Under the pieces are notes generated by a model, which saw only the letters and a list, made by a program, of their open reading frames with translations, was not told where the DNA came from and did not search any database. The position numbers were made by a program, and so were the translations under genes. Below, piece by piece: positions 18,274 through 27,272 of a stretch of DNA of 64,000 nt (the first letter of the stretch is position 1; every line of letters begins with the position of its first letter). Source of the stretch: a virus; the IMG/VR virus record IMGVR_UViG_3300032829_000004, positions 33,803 through 97,802 of that record, one strand, 5' to 3'.

Positions 18274-18803
18274 GACGGCTTTTCCTTCCGCAGTTCCCGC
18301 AGGTACCCGAACACGCGCTCCTGCTGCTCGCCATCGAACCCGGTCCCGCGGAGCGCCTCGGATACGAGCTGGTCAGACTCCGTCGCCTCGGCCGCCTCGA
18401 GCCACTGGAGCGCCATCGACCGGGCTTCGGCCGCCATGACGGAACCCCGCTTCGATCCCCGGCCGATCAAGACAACGGCATTCCCCGTCTTAGTCGACCC
18501 GGCGGGAACCAAGTCGACGGTGCCGGGGGTGCCGAACTTCCTCCCGCCCCTGCCGTCGAGCAGGTCCGTGACGATCGCGGACGCGGTCGCGCCGTCCAGC
18601 CTCAGCTTCGCGACCAGGAGCATCATCATCTCCGCGTATGCGGAGCACGACACCAGGTCCAGCGCTGACCGGCGGACCTCGGCAACCGGGGCGTACCACT
18701 GGAAAGCACCCCACGTGAACAAGCAGGCAGGCTCGTCATCCGGGCCGCGCGTCGACTCCACCCACAGCGCCTCGCCGTCATCGTCAGCCGTGGCGGCGCC
18801 CAT
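18270..18803 (-). CDS. Hypothetical protein
   Basis: Coupled ORF, GC3-rich codons. Confidence 0.6.
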   Translation of the reverse strand: MGAATADDDGEALWVESTRGPDDEPACLFTWGAFQWYAPVAEVRRSALDLVSCSAYAEMMMLLVAKLRLDGATASAIVTDLLDGRGGRKFGTPGTVDLVPAGSTKTGNAVVLIGRGSKRGSVMAAEARSMALQWLEAAEATESDQLVSEALRGTGFDGEQQERVFGYLRELRKEKPS

Positions 18804-19249
18804 CAGTATCCTCCGCTCAGCGCGCGGAGCATGTTCAGCCCGGCCTGCGCCTCGTCCATCGCGCTGATCTTCTCCACTTCCGGCTTGCCGAGCGCGACGA
18901 CGCCTTCGCCTACGCGGACCGTCGCCACGCAGTCAAGCGACTCGTACTCGCCTCCGCAGTGGACGACCAGGAGCATCGACCTGGCCACCGTCACGAGCTG
19001 GCGGAGCTGGGCCGCCACGTCCTCCGGGTCATAGCCCCGCTCGGCCAGGTTCCCAGCACGGTTCACCGTCTCCGCCGGCCAGTCGTTCAGGCCGCAGGCC
19101 GACGGCTGGTCCCGGTTGAACGAGAGCGGGCCGAAACGGTCCCACGCCGGGTCGCGGGGGCCTCCGCCCGTGACGAACCGGTAACTGTAGCCGAGGTACT
19201 CGCGGAGCGCCGCAGCGTCCCCCGCTGTCATCGTGCCCGACATGCTCAC
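18803..19249 (-). CDS. Hypothetical protein
   Basis: Coupled ORF; start approximate. Confidence 0.5.
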   Translation of the reverse strand: MSMSGTMTAGDAAALREYLGYSYRFVTGGGPRDPAWDRFGPLSFNRDQPSACGLNDWPAETVNRAGNLAERGYDPEDVAAQLRQLVTVARSMLLVVHCGGEYESLDCVATVRVGEGVVALGKPEVEKISAMDEAQAGLNMLRALSGGY

Positions 19250-19259
19250 CGTGCGCCAG

Positions 19260-19799
19260 TTACCCAAGATGATCGCTCTCCGCCCGTGCGCGCCATTCGG
19301 CCGCCCACTGGAAGTCAAGCCCGGCGAGCCGAGCGCATTCCTGGTCCTCGGGCCGGTCGCCGACCATGAGGCCCATGTACGGCGGGTAATACTCGCCGTG
19401 CCGTGCCGCCACTTCGAGAGCCGCTTCGATCACCAGCCCCGGCGACGGCTTGCGGCACCAGCAGCGGGCCATCTCCGGACTGGCAGCGTCCGGATGGTGA
19501 ACGCAGTAGGCGATCTTGTCGAACAGCCGTTCCGCCTGCTCGTAGGTGGCGCGCATCGCCGCCGCGACGTTCGCGTGGGTGACGATGCCGAGCGCGACGC
19601 CGCCCTGGTTGGAGACGCCGACGACCCGGCCTCCCCCCGCTTTCCAGCGGCGCATCATCTCGACGGCGGCAGGGAAGACCTCGACGTCCTCCGCACCGTT
19701 CACGAACCGCCCCAGCTCGTCTTTGCCCTTGCGGACCGTGCCGTCAAGGTCCAGGTACAGGACCGGGACGGCCTTCTCGGGGACGTGCAGCAGGGTCAC
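19260..19799 (-). CDS. HAD IIIA phosphatase, GmhB/HisB-N like
   Basis: LDLDGT, SNQGG, CWCRKPSPG, MVGDRPED. Confidence 0.85.
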   Translation of the reverse strand: MTLLHVPEKAVPVLYLDLDGTVRKGKDELGRFVNGAEDVEVFPAAVEMMRRWKAGGGRVVGVSNQGGVALGIVTHANVAAAMRATYEQAERLFDKIAYCVHHPDAASPEMARCWCRKPSPGLVIEAALEVAARHGEYYPPYMGLMVGDRPEDQECARLAGLDFQWAAEWRARAESDHLG

Positions 19800-20200
19800 T
19801 TGCGCTTCCTCCTGTTCTTCAGTCGCCTCTGGTATTCGTGCCCGTCGACCGCGAGCGGGCCGGGATTGCCTGCCGGGTTGCACCTGGAACAGCGGCGCTT
19901 ATGATGGCGCGGCTTCCACGCCGCGTACAGGCTGTGGACCTCGCGCACCGCCCTGTCGACCTCGGCGCCGAACGCCTCCCAGTTGCCAGAGAACCAGGCT
20001 GCCGGCGCGATGATCTCCGCTTCCGCGAATGACGGGCTCCGCCGTGCCGGCGTCAGCAGCCGCCCCCCGTCGCAGATGACCAGCGCCGGCGGTTCCGGCC
20101 GCCACCTCATCGAGTCCCCGGTCTCCCCGTAGTCGACGGTCCCGTAAGCCGCGAGAGCGCCGTCGGCCGGCGCGGGCGCGCTGTCCTTCATGCCGGTCAC
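19796..20200 (-). CDS. Hypothetical protein
   Basis: Coupled ORF; tail LAVDGHEYQRRLK resembles that of 55660-56010. Confidence 0.55.
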   Translation of the reverse strand: MTGMKDSAPAPADGALAAYGTVDYGETGDSMRWRPEPPALVICDGGRLLTPARRSPSFAEAEIIAPAAWFSGNWEAFGAEVDRAVREVHSLYAAWKPRHHKRRCSRCNPAGNPGPLAVDGHEYQRRLKNRRKRK

Positions 20201-20520
20201 TGTCCCGTCTCCCCTGCGATCTCAGGGGCGAAGAACTGCGGGAGAGGCTCAGGCCCGCTGTACCGGCGGCAGGCACAGGGCGCGTAGTCGTACCCTGTCC
20301 AGCTGCCCCCGCTGCTGTACCGGGCGACCTGCACCAGCGAGTTGCACGCCCCAGTCTGCGGGTCGTGCAACGAATAATGGTGGGTGCAGCCGCACACCGC
20401 CTCGACAGGCTTCGGGGCCTGGCGGCGGGGCGGGAGGCTCCGCAGGATCACGCCGGCGATGATTCCGGCTAGCAGGATCAGCGCGCCCTCAATCATCACT
20501 GGCCTCCGTAGCGGGCTCAC
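20197..20520 (-). CDS. Membrane-anchored zinc-binding protein
   Basis: N-terminal TM; CGCTH..H..C...CACRRY. Confidence 0.6.
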   Translation of the reverse strand: MSPLRRPVMIEGALILLAGIIAGVILRSLPPRRQAPKPVEAVCGCTHHYSLHDPQTGACNSLVQVARYSSGGSWTGYDYAPCACRRYSGPEPLPQFFAPEIAGETGQ

Positions 20521-20815
20521 GGGCCGCCTTCCCCGCCTCGTAGGCGCGGCGGATCATCCCCGCCAGCGACACGCAGTCCGCGACCTCCCGCCAGGCAACA
20601 CCCTGAAGGAAGCCGAGATCCCAGGCACCGAGAGCAACCCCGGAAGCCTCGCAGGCATCCGTCATCACCTTCAAGCGCGCCGGAATGCTCGCACCGTAGC
20701 CGGGGGCGGCGTCGAAAGCGGCCCGGATCACGGCGGCTGCCCTCGTGGCGCGCGCCTCGCGCTCGGTGTCGAACGGCCCGTACTCGTCAGCCACGGGGAA
20801 CCTCCGCGTCAACAT
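20489..20815 (-). CDS. Hypothetical protein
   Basis: Coupled ORF. Confidence 0.55.
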   Translation of the reverse strand: MLTRRFPVADEYGPFDTEREARATRAAAVIRAAFDAAPGYGASIPARLKVMTDACEASGVALGAWDLGFLQGVAWREVADCVSLAGMIRRAYEAGKAAREPATEASDD

Positions 20816-20921
20816 AGCGCCATTCGATCCGGGTCACCATGCTGCCCGGAGTGCAGCCCTTGTGGCTGCCGCAGAAGAAGGCCGCGAACTCTGCCGGGGT
20901 CATGTGCGGGAATCCCGACAT
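20787..20921 (-). pseudogene. C-terminal remnant of an ASCH-like phage protein
   Basis: GFPHMTPAEFAAFFC.SHKGC.P...VTRIEWRY with no N-terminal part. Confidence 0.4.
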
Positions 20922-21163
20922 CAGCCTCGGCACGGGAACCACCGGCGGAACGCCCCGTCCGACATGACCCCGGCATCCCCCGGGCCGTACCGGATGACCC
21001 ACCAGCCCGCGGGGACATCGAAGACGAGGCCGTTCGCGGCGCGGACCCGCAGCGGCTCCCCCTCGAGCGCGGCGTCTCCGGCGACCAGGCGGGCACGGGA
21101 GTCCGGTGTGCCGTCATGAGGGGCGGCGTCCTCGGCAGTGACCGTGGCACTCACCAGGGGCAT
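20921..21163 (-). CDS. Hypothetical protein
   Basis: Coupled ORF. Confidence 0.5.
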   Translation of the reverse strand: MPLVSATVTAEDAAPHDGTPDSRARLVAGDAALEGEPLRVRAANGLVFDVPAGWWVIRYGPGDAGVMSDGAFRRWFPCRG

Positions 21164-21173
21164 CGTCAGATTG

Positions 21174-21596
21174 TCAGGCACTGGGCGCATCCTTCCCGGT
21201 CAGGGCGGCCAGTATGGCCGTCACCTCGTCGCACGGCCACGGGAGCCGCTCGCCGTCCGCGCTCTCGGTGCACGAGCAGACCACACCCTCGGGCTTGCCC
21301 CTGCACAGCAACTCTCCGGGCTCTTGGTCGTCCTCGAAGTGGAGGGGGTCGTCCGGGTCGTGAGGGCACGCACCGGGCTCGTCGTCGGTCGCCGCGTTGC
21401 CGTAGAGCGGGACTCGCTCGTGGTGGCTCAGGGCCGCCTCCACGGCTTTCAGGAGCTTCTCCGAAGTGGCCCACAGCGCTCCGGCGGCGAACGATGCCCG
21501 TGCCTCGTTCAACGGCAGCGCGGCGAACTCGCGGGGCATCGCGTCGATCGCCTCGCGGGCCTCCGCCAGGGCGGAGGACAGGCTGCCGTCAGCCAC
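21174..21596 (-). CDS. Hypothetical protein
   Basis: CxC...WPC motif common in actinophage early genes. Confidence 0.6.
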   Translation of the reverse strand: MADGSLSSALAEAREAIDAMPREFAALPLNEARASFAAGALWATSEKLLKAVEAALSHHERVPLYGNAATDDEPGACPHDPDDPLHFEDDQEPGELLCRGKPEGVVCSCTESADGERLPWPCDEVTAILAALTGKDAPSA

Positions 21597-21945
21597 GGAA
21601 CACCTCCACCCCGAGCGCGGCGGCGAAGGCCTTCACGACCGTCTCCGCCTGCTCGCCGTTCATGTAGCTGAGCTTGTAGCGGTTGGAACCGATGGCGACC
21701 GCAAGCTCAAGAACGGCCATCTCCGTCGTGGATGCGGCGGCCCGGTGCGACTCGATGAACTCACTCGCCTTGCGCCAGCTGATCCAGGTTTCGGCCGGGT
21801 CCTCAATGGCGCATGCCGACGTGAAGTCCCGGCGCCGGAGCCACCGCCCATCCGAAATCAGCAGTTCCACGGCGGCCCGGACGTGCGGGTCGTGGTCCTT
21901 CGTCCAGCGGCGCAGGCCTGCGGCGAGCGAGTCGAAGTCAGCCAT
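21589..21945 (-). CDS. Hypothetical protein
   Basis: Coupled ORF. Confidence 0.6.
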   Translation of the reverse strand: MADFDSLAAGLRRWTKDHDPHVRAAVELLISDGRWLRRRDFTSACAIEDPAETWISWRKASEFIESHRAAASTTEMAVLELAVAIGSNRYKLSYMNGEQAETVVKAFAAALGVEVFRG

Positions 21946-22333
21946 TGCCGGCCTCGGCGCCTGCTGCGGGCACGGGGGCCGGGGCGAGCGGGAAGCAGTG
22001 CGTCTTGCCGTCGTCCGGGAGCATGATCGTCCACGGGGCGGGGAACAGCCCGTACGCAGCCCAGTCGCAGCCCCGACCCGCGTACTTCCTGTCCTTCGCG
22101 AGCGCGCCGGCGGTCCGGCCGATGCACTCCTGCCCGAGTATGTCCGATGCCGTGACCGCGCTGCCGTCCCGCCCGGTGCGGGGATGCGCGGCCAGGGCCT
22201 CGCTGAAGTCCTGTCCCGTTGCGATGTCGCCGCAGGCCGGGCACTGAAACGCCCAGTCCATGGGGTTGCCGCCGAAGCGTTCCGTCGCCTCGGCGACCAG
22301 TTCCGCCTGGGTCAGCGTCCGCCGGTTTCCCAT
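21938..22333 (-). CDS. VVA0879-like phage protein
   Basis: WAFQCPACG...QECIGR...GCDWAAYGLF. Confidence 0.7.
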   Translation of the reverse strand: MGNRRTLTQAELVAEATERFGGNPMDWAFQCPACGDIATGQDFSEALAAHPRTGRDGSAVTASDILGQECIGRTAGALAKDRKYAGRGCDWAAYGLFPAPWTIMLPDDGKTHCFPLAPAPVPAAGAEAGNG

Positions 22334-22710
22334 CAGTCGCCTCCGTCTGTTGATGTGTTCACGCCGTCTGCTGATCTGTTCATGCCTGGCCGCTTGACGT
22401 GCGGCCAGCCGCCGCCCCTCAAGATCCGGCCGATGTTCTGTCGCGCCACCCCGAACACGGCCGCTATCGACGCCTGCGTCCGCCCCTCGGCCCGCAGGTC
22501 GAAGATCCGCCGCACGTCGTCCTCGGACAGTTTCGCGAGCGCGTTAGCCGATCCCCGCCGGGGCGGGCTGTGCCCTGGCACGTAGCGGAGCGGCTGCCCC
22601 TTGACCTGGCCCCTGCGACTGTCGGTCCGCTTCGCGATGCTGACCTCAATGCCGCAGCCGCAGGCGCACAGGCGCGCGGCCTCTTCCCCGTTCAGGGCGT
22701 CCCCGCTCAC
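22333..22710 (-). CDS. Zinc-finger plus HTH protein (homing-endonuclease accessory domains, no nuclease)
   Basis: CACGCG...YVPGH; AKLSEDDVRRI...TQASIAAVFGVARQNI. Confidence 0.65.
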   Translation of the reverse strand: MSGDALNGEEAARLCACGCGIEVSIAKRTDSRRGQVKGQPLRYVPGHSPPRRGSANALAKLSEDDVRRIFDLRAEGRTQASIAAVFGVARQNIGRILRGGGWPHVKRPGMNRSADGVNTSTDGGD

Positions 22711-23240
22711 CGCTTCTCCGGCCCGGCATCGGGCACTCCCGCTCCTTCCGGCCGCGCCCACCACGGGCCGTGCTCGTCCATGGACCGCCCCAGGGCTTCC
22801 AGGACTTCTTCGTATGACGCCGGATGATGGAGGCTGATGGAACTGCGCACCGCACCGCCCGTGTCCGTTAGCCGCAGACGCCAGCTCTCGGACTCGCCGG
22901 CACCTGACCGGATTGCCCGGCCGACGACCAGGTCGGCCGCCGCCGTGCGGGCGATGATGTTGAGGTGGCCTGGCTCGTCGGCCGCGCCGAGCAGCAGCTT
23001 CGGGGGCGGCCCGTCGAGCCGCCTCGCCCGCTTAGCCAGCATCTGCCTGGCATCCATCAGCCCGGACATGGCCTGGCTGATCCCGTTCTCAGCCGTGACC
23101 GCATCACGCGGGGGCATGTCCGGGTCGTCTGATTCCATGAGGTCGCGGAACTTGCGGGACAGGAACGCCGCGTGGCTGACGGCGTCGCGGGCGGCCTTGT
23201 CGAGTTCGCGGACCAGCTTCGCACGTTCACTGGCGTCCAT
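22707..23240 (-). CDS. Hypothetical protein
   Basis: Coupled ORF. Confidence 0.55.
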   Translation of the reverse strand: MDASERAKLVRELDKAARDAVSHAAFLSRKFRDLMESDDPDMPPRDAVTAENGISQAMSGLMDARQMLAKRARRLDGPPPKLLLGAADEPGHLNIIARTAAADLVVGRAIRSGAGESESWRLRLTDTGGAVRSSISLHHPASYEEVLEALGRSMDEHGPWWARPEGAGVPDAGPEKR

Positions 23241-23575
23241 CAGTCGTCCACCGCCCGGCGTGCCTCGTAGCTGGGCTCAGCCTTGCAGGGCGTGCAGCCG
23301 CAGTCCGGCCCGTGCTTGACGCGCACCTGCCCGTTGCGCGCGGACATGCGGATGTAACCGGTGGCCATGTCCTGAGCCCGGTTAAACTCCCGCCAGTCCG
23401 AAGCGCGCTGTCCGGTTTTCTCCGGCACGTGCGAGATGAAGTTCAGGTGGTCGGCAAGCTTGCCCCAGAACAGCCAGTCGTCGTCAAGGACCCGGTGCTC
23501 CGCACGGATCAGCTGCTCGGCGTATCGGATCTTCTCCGCAGGGCCGAGCATCTCGGGATCAGAAGCGCTGCTCAT
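23240..23575 (-). CDS. Hypothetical protein
   Basis: Coupled ORF, C-terminal CxCxxC. Confidence 0.55.
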   Translation of the reverse strand: MSSASDPEMLGPAEKIRYAEQLIRAEHRVLDDDWLFWGKLADHLNFISHVPEKTGQRASDWREFNRAQDMATGYIRMSARNGQVRVKHGPDCGCTPCKAEPSYEARRAVDD

Positions 23576-23579
23576 CTGC

Positions 23580-23879
23580 TCAGTCCTCTCCTGCCGCCGT
23601 GGCGGCCCATACGTGGTGCACCGGGCAGCCCCCACGAAAGCCGCCCCGCTCGGGTAGTCCGGGCGGGCAGATGCACTCGCCTGCCGGCTGCTCGCCGGGG
23701 AACTGGTAGCCGTCCATCTCCGACTCGGGCAGCTCGCCCGCCTGTATGCGCAGCGCGGTCTCCGCTGCCGACATGAGAGGCAGCGCGTCCAGGTCGGATC
23801 GCAGGACGTGCAGCGCCCGCTCTAGCAGCGTCTCGGCCCTGTGCCCCCAAAGACGGGCGCGGTCCTTGTTAAGCGCCAC
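23580..23879 (-). CDS. Hypothetical protein
   Basis: CIC...CPVH. Confidence 0.55.
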   Translation of the reverse strand: MALNKDRARLWGHRAETLLERALHVLRSDLDALPLMSAAETALRIQAGELPESEMDGYQFPGEQPAGECICPPGLPERGGFRGGCPVHHVWAATAAGED

Positions 23880-24090
23880 GGGGAGCCTCTGTTCCTGGCG
23901 CCGTGGCGGCCGAGGTAGGGAGCAGCGTCAGGTCGGCGGGCAAGGTCGCCTGCGACTGCACCCGCCCCCCGTAGGCGACGTAGACGACTTCCTCGCCAGT
24001 GCCCGTGATGACCCCGTCCTCGGCCCAGGGAAGCCCTGCGCAGTACGTCACGCTGTCGCCGACGTGGTTGCGTGCCTCGTCAAGCGTCAT
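23869..24090 (-). CDS. Small SH3-like hypothetical protein
   Basis: VGDSVTY...GVITG...VYVAY. Confidence 0.55.
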   Translation of the reverse strand: MTLDEARNHVGDSVTYCAGLPWAEDGVITGTGEEVVYVAYGGRVQSQATLPADLTLLPTSAATAPGTEAPRGA

Positions 24091-24479
24091 CACTCGCACT
24101 CCTCGTCGTCCGGTGTTCCCTCGGCCCATGACAGCTCGAAGTCGAGCAGCCCGAGCCTGGCCGCATCCTCGACGTCGTCCGCGCGCCCGCCCCCGTCGAG
24201 GAGGTTCAGCCACTCCTCGACCTCGGGCAGGGTTTCTGCCACCCAGTGCCGGTAAGGCGGGTGCTTCTCCTGCGCGGCGACGAGACCGACGTCCACGGAG
24301 ACAGTCACGGCATCCGGGCCGATCGCGTCCGCGATCGCGCGGGCGGCAGCCGACCCGGTCAGGCTCGCCGCGACATGCCTGCGGACATGCTCCGGGGAGA
24401 CCCGGACGACCGTCGTGTTGCGGGGCCACGCGGGCACGGTCTCCGCCAGGACCGGAACCGGGTCGCACTTACCGGCCAT
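24090..24479 (-). CDS. Hypothetical protein
   Basis: Coupled ORF. Confidence 0.5.
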   Translation of the reverse strand: MAGKCDPVPVLAETVPAWPRNTTVVRVSPEHVRRHVAASLTGSAAARAIADAIGPDAVTVSVDVGLVAAQEKHPPYRHWVAETLPEVEEWLNLLDGGGRADDVEDAARLGLLDFELSWAEGTPDDEECE

Positions 24480-24798
24480 TGCCGCCATCCTCGGGAAGCG
24501 CCCTGACGACGAGAGGCCCGAAGAAGCCGCCCTCGCTCCGCTCGACCGCGTACCCGGCTGCCTCGATCGCGTCGGCGTACCGGCCTTCAAGCTCCGCCGA
24601 GGCCCGCCTGTCGGCCTCGGTGGAGTTGTACTTGCCGTCCTCGTGATACACGGTCACCGTTCCGCCGCTGCCACGGGCAACGAAGCCGCAGGTACGGCTG
24701 TGCCATCCGGGGACTGCGGTCGCGTGCTTCACGGACCGCTCGAAGCCGGCCTTCTGCAGCAGCGCGGAAATACCCTGCGCTGTAGGCTGCCTGGACAT
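24469..24798 (-). CDS. Hypothetical protein
   Basis: AAGGAAGG SD; coupled. Confidence 0.55.
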   Translation of the reverse strand: MSRQPTAQGISALLQKAGFERSVKHATAVPGWHSRTCGFVARGSGGTVTVYHEDGKYNSTEADRRASAELEGRYADAIEAAGYAVERSEGGFFGPLVVRALPEDGGNGR

Positions 24799-24799
24799 T

Positions 24800-25033
24800 T
24801 CAGCCTTCCTTTTCGATAGGGATCTCGGCCGGACCGCGGCATGCCGCCGCGCCTTCCGGGTCGGTGACCGGGTTCACGGCGGTCAGGTGCGTGTACCCGG
24901 TCGCCTCCAGGTCGTGTTCCATCCCCTGCGGGCAGGTTGCCAGGTGGAGCGAGCGGCCCTTCAGGTCGCCGCCGGGGATGACCCGGTACACGAAGCAGCG
25001 GAGGCCGCAGAACTTGCAGTAGGCGCCGGGCAC
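24800..25033 (-). CDS. Small zinc-binding protein
   Basis: YCKFCG.RCF...HLATC. Confidence 0.6.
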   Translation of the reverse strand: MPGAYCKFCGLRCFVYRVIPGGDLKGRSLHLATCPQGMEHDLEATGYTHLTAVNPVTDPEGAAACRGPAEIPIEKEG

Positions 25034-25035
25034 GG

Positions 25036-25272
25036 TCAGTCCTCCTCTGCCAGCCGGACCTTCGCCGGGTCAAGCGTCGCGACCCGGCGGTTGCGCTTCT
25101 TCGCCGACGGTGCGCCGCTGAGGCGGGTCAGTTCACCGGCCACGAGCACCCGGCCGGGCAGGCTGCTCACCAGCACCTTGTCGACCCGGAGCCGGTAGGG
25201 AAGCGTCCTGGTTGCGTCCGCGCCGGCAGGGACGATGATCTCGACTCCCGGCCTGATGTCCTCGGGTGCCAT
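25036..25272 (-). CDS. Hypothetical protein
   Basis: GGAGG SD. Confidence 0.55.
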   Translation of the reverse strand: MAPEDIRPGVEIIVPAGADATRTLPYRLRVDKVLVSSLPGRVLVAGELTRLSGAPSAKKRNRRVATLDPAKVRLAEED

Positions 25273-25273
25273 G

Positions 25274-25417
25274 TCAGGCCTCCGCTTCCGTGATCTCGCG
25301 CAGCTTCTCCCCGTACTGGCGGACAGCCGCGCTCAGCTCCTCCTCCGTCGCGAACACGGAACGGTCTCCGAGCAGGAAGCCCAGGGCCGCACTGCTGAAC
25401 TCGTCCATCTGTGCCAT
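25274..25417 (-). CDS. Small hypothetical protein
   Basis: AGGAG SD with ATG. Confidence 0.45.
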   Translation of the reverse strand: MAQMDEFSSAALGFLLGDRSVFATEEELSAAVRQYGEKLREITEAEA

Positions 25418-25418
25418 G

Positions 25419-25640
25419 TCAGGCGCTCCTCTCCCATGCGATGCGGATCTTGCGGGCGAGCTCCGCGCGGCCCTGGCCGGCGAGGTCCAGGCACAGGCGG
25501 CGGGTGAGGGCTTCGGCGACCTCGGCGCACTTCGCGGCGAACGCGGGGCTGGAGGCGTCGGCGGCGGGGTTGACCCGGGCGACGAGCACGGCGGCCTGCT
25601 CGCGGATGTGGGCGACGACGCCTGCGGCGGTACCAGGCAT
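25419..25640 (-). CDS. Hypothetical protein
   Basis: Closely packed in operon. Confidence 0.45.
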   Translation of the reverse strand: MPGTAAGVVAHIREQAAVLVARVNPAADASSPAFAAKCAEVAEALTRRLCLDLAGQGRAELARKIRIAWERSA

Positions 25641-25641
25641 G

Positions 25642-26013
25642 TCAGGCCGCCTTCGCGATCGAGCGGCGGGAAGCGATCGACAAGACCCGCGCGGCCAGCT
25701 GGTGGTAGCAGCGGCGGTCCTTCGCCCCGGCCGCGCACGTGCAGCTCGAGCCGTCGGTGGCGTACGTGTCCGTGCCCTTGCTGGACACGGCCAGGTACAG
25801 GCCCGGTGCCTGGGAGACGATCCCGCCGTCCTTGATCAGCTCGTCCGCCTTGGCCTGCTGCGCGTCGGTGAAGCCCTCGCGGACCTCGGCGATGGCGGCC
25901 TGGCGGATCTTCGCGGCGCACTTCGGGCCGTAACCGGTGCTCGCGGTGAGCTTGCGCCCGCAGCGGAGGCAGCGCCGGGTTTCGCATGTGACATGCGGAA
26001 GTTCGTTGCGCAT
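25642..26013 (-). CDS. DUF6011-like zinc finger plus SWIM zinc finger protein
   Basis: CLRCGRKL...GYGPKC; CTC...CYH; TAGCAT 7 nt before ATG. Confidence 0.7.
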   Translation of the reverse strand: MRNELPHVTCETRRCLRCGRKLTASTGYGPKCAAKIRQAAIAEVREGFTDAQQAKADELIKDGGIVSQAPGLYLAVSSKGTDTYATDGSSCTCAAGAKDRRCYHQLAARVLSIASRRSIAKAA

Positions 26014-26073
26014 GTAACCGATGCTAGCGTGCACAGAAGACAAGCGCAACTCAGTTGCGCTACTATCCCTGGC

Positions 26074-26325
26074 ATGAACGAAAACGAGCACGTGGCCGCG
26101 ATCGAAGCCGCCACGAGCCGGTACAGCGAGGCCCTCGCGGCACTCGAACAGGCCCGCAAAGAGGCTGCCGACACCGTTCTCGCCGCACTCAGAGACAAGG
26201 TTCCCCCGACCACCGTCACGGAGAAGTCGCCGTTCACCGCCACCTACGTGCGGCAGATGGCGCGCGAAGCGGGCATACCGGCAGCGACGACCCGGCGCAG
26301 GCCGCAGCGGCGTTCGGCGTCGTAG
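26074..26325 (+). CDS. Small HTH-like regulator
   Basis: Helical N-terminus then SPFTATYVRQMAREAGI; TACTAT 7 nt before ATG; palindrome AGCGCAAC-TCA-GTTGCGCT upstream. Confidence 0.65.
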   Translation: MNENEHVAAIEAATSRYSEALAALEQARKEAADTVLAALRDKVPPTTVTEKSPFTATYVRQMAREAGIPAATTRRRPQRRSAS

Positions 26326-26330
26326 CCCGG

Positions 26331-26633
26331 TCATCCCGCTACCCTCTCCACGGCGGTACCCGAGTCCTCGACGCCCCACTTCCGCCGCCTGTACTCGGCC
26401 ACCTTCGCCGCGTCCTCCTCGCCCAGCCGGTACGGTTCCCTGTCCAGCGGCCCGTCGCGGGGCAGCTCCTGCCGGCACGCGGGGCACCGCCAGTCCTCCA
26501 GGGCGCCGATCATCACGCCGCTGCCCGTCGTCCGGAGCGAGCGGCGGTTGATTCGCACCGTGGCAACGGCGATGTAGCGGATCGGATGGCCGCAGAACGG
26601 GCATGAGACGCGAGTCTCCAGGGTGACGATCAC
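26331..26633 (-). CDS. Zinc-ribbon protein
   Basis: CPFC...CPAC. Confidence 0.6.
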   Translation of the reverse strand: MIVTLETRVSCPFCGHPIRYIAVATVRINRRSLRTTGSGVMIGALEDWRCPACRQELPRDGPLDREPYRLGEEDAAKVAEYRRRKWGVEDSGTAVERVAG

Positions 26634-26805
26634 GCCGCGCCGCCGGACCCGCCGAGCACCAGCTGCCCCGAATGGTGGGCCATGAGGACTGCTGCTTCCC
26701 GGACGGTGCGGGGCTTGCGGGGGCGGGGCGCGGGCCTGCCCTTCAGGTTCCAGGCCCGCAGCCTCCGCTCCAGGTCCGGTTCCGTGCCTGGCTTGCGCTT
26801 GCCGG

Positions 26806-27054
26806 TCACGGCCTGCCCCCGGTGCCCGCCGTCTCCCTCGCGCACCGTCCCGGGTCGTGCGCGGGCATCATGCCTTCCAGGTCGGACGGGACGGGAAAAT
26901 ACCCGTGCCAGCGTCCCGCGGCGGCATGCTCCCGGCAGCAGGCCAGGAACGCGGCCCCGTCCCGCTCGGCCATGACGCGGACGGTCCCCCACGTGCGGAC
27001 GAACGTCCCCGGCGCTACGCCGAGCATGGCCAACGGCATCCGCCCCGCCGTCAC
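26806..27054 (-). CDS. Hypothetical protein
   Basis: GTGA overlaps at both ends. Confidence 0.45.
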   Translation of the reverse strand: MTAGRMPLAMLGVAPGTFVRTWGTVRVMAERDGAAFLACCREHAAAGRWHGYFPVPSDLEGMMPAHDPGRCARETAGTGGRP

Positions 27055-27272
27055 CGGTCCCCGCCTTCCCCCGCGAGCAGCGCGCGGACCTCGGGCTCGC
27101 GGAACCTTCGGTGCCCGCCGGGAGTCCGGACCGCCGTCAGCCTGCCTTCCTTCACCCACCGCATCACCGTCTTCGGGGCCACGCGGAACATCGCGGCGAC
27201 TTCAGCCGGGGTCATCAGCGGCTCCTCGGCGGCGAGGTCCGGAACGGGAGGCGGAGGGGTCTTACCGGGCAC
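27051..27272 (-). CDS. bldC: BldC-like MerR-type HTH DNA-binding protein
   Basis: LMTPAEVAAMFRVAPKTVMRWVKEGRLTAVRTPGGHRRFRE closely follows the BldC signature. Confidence 0.75.
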   Translation of the reverse strand: MPGKTPPPPVPDLAAEEPLMTPAEVAAMFRVAPKTVMRWVKEGRLTAVRTPGGHRRFREPEVRALLAGEGGDR

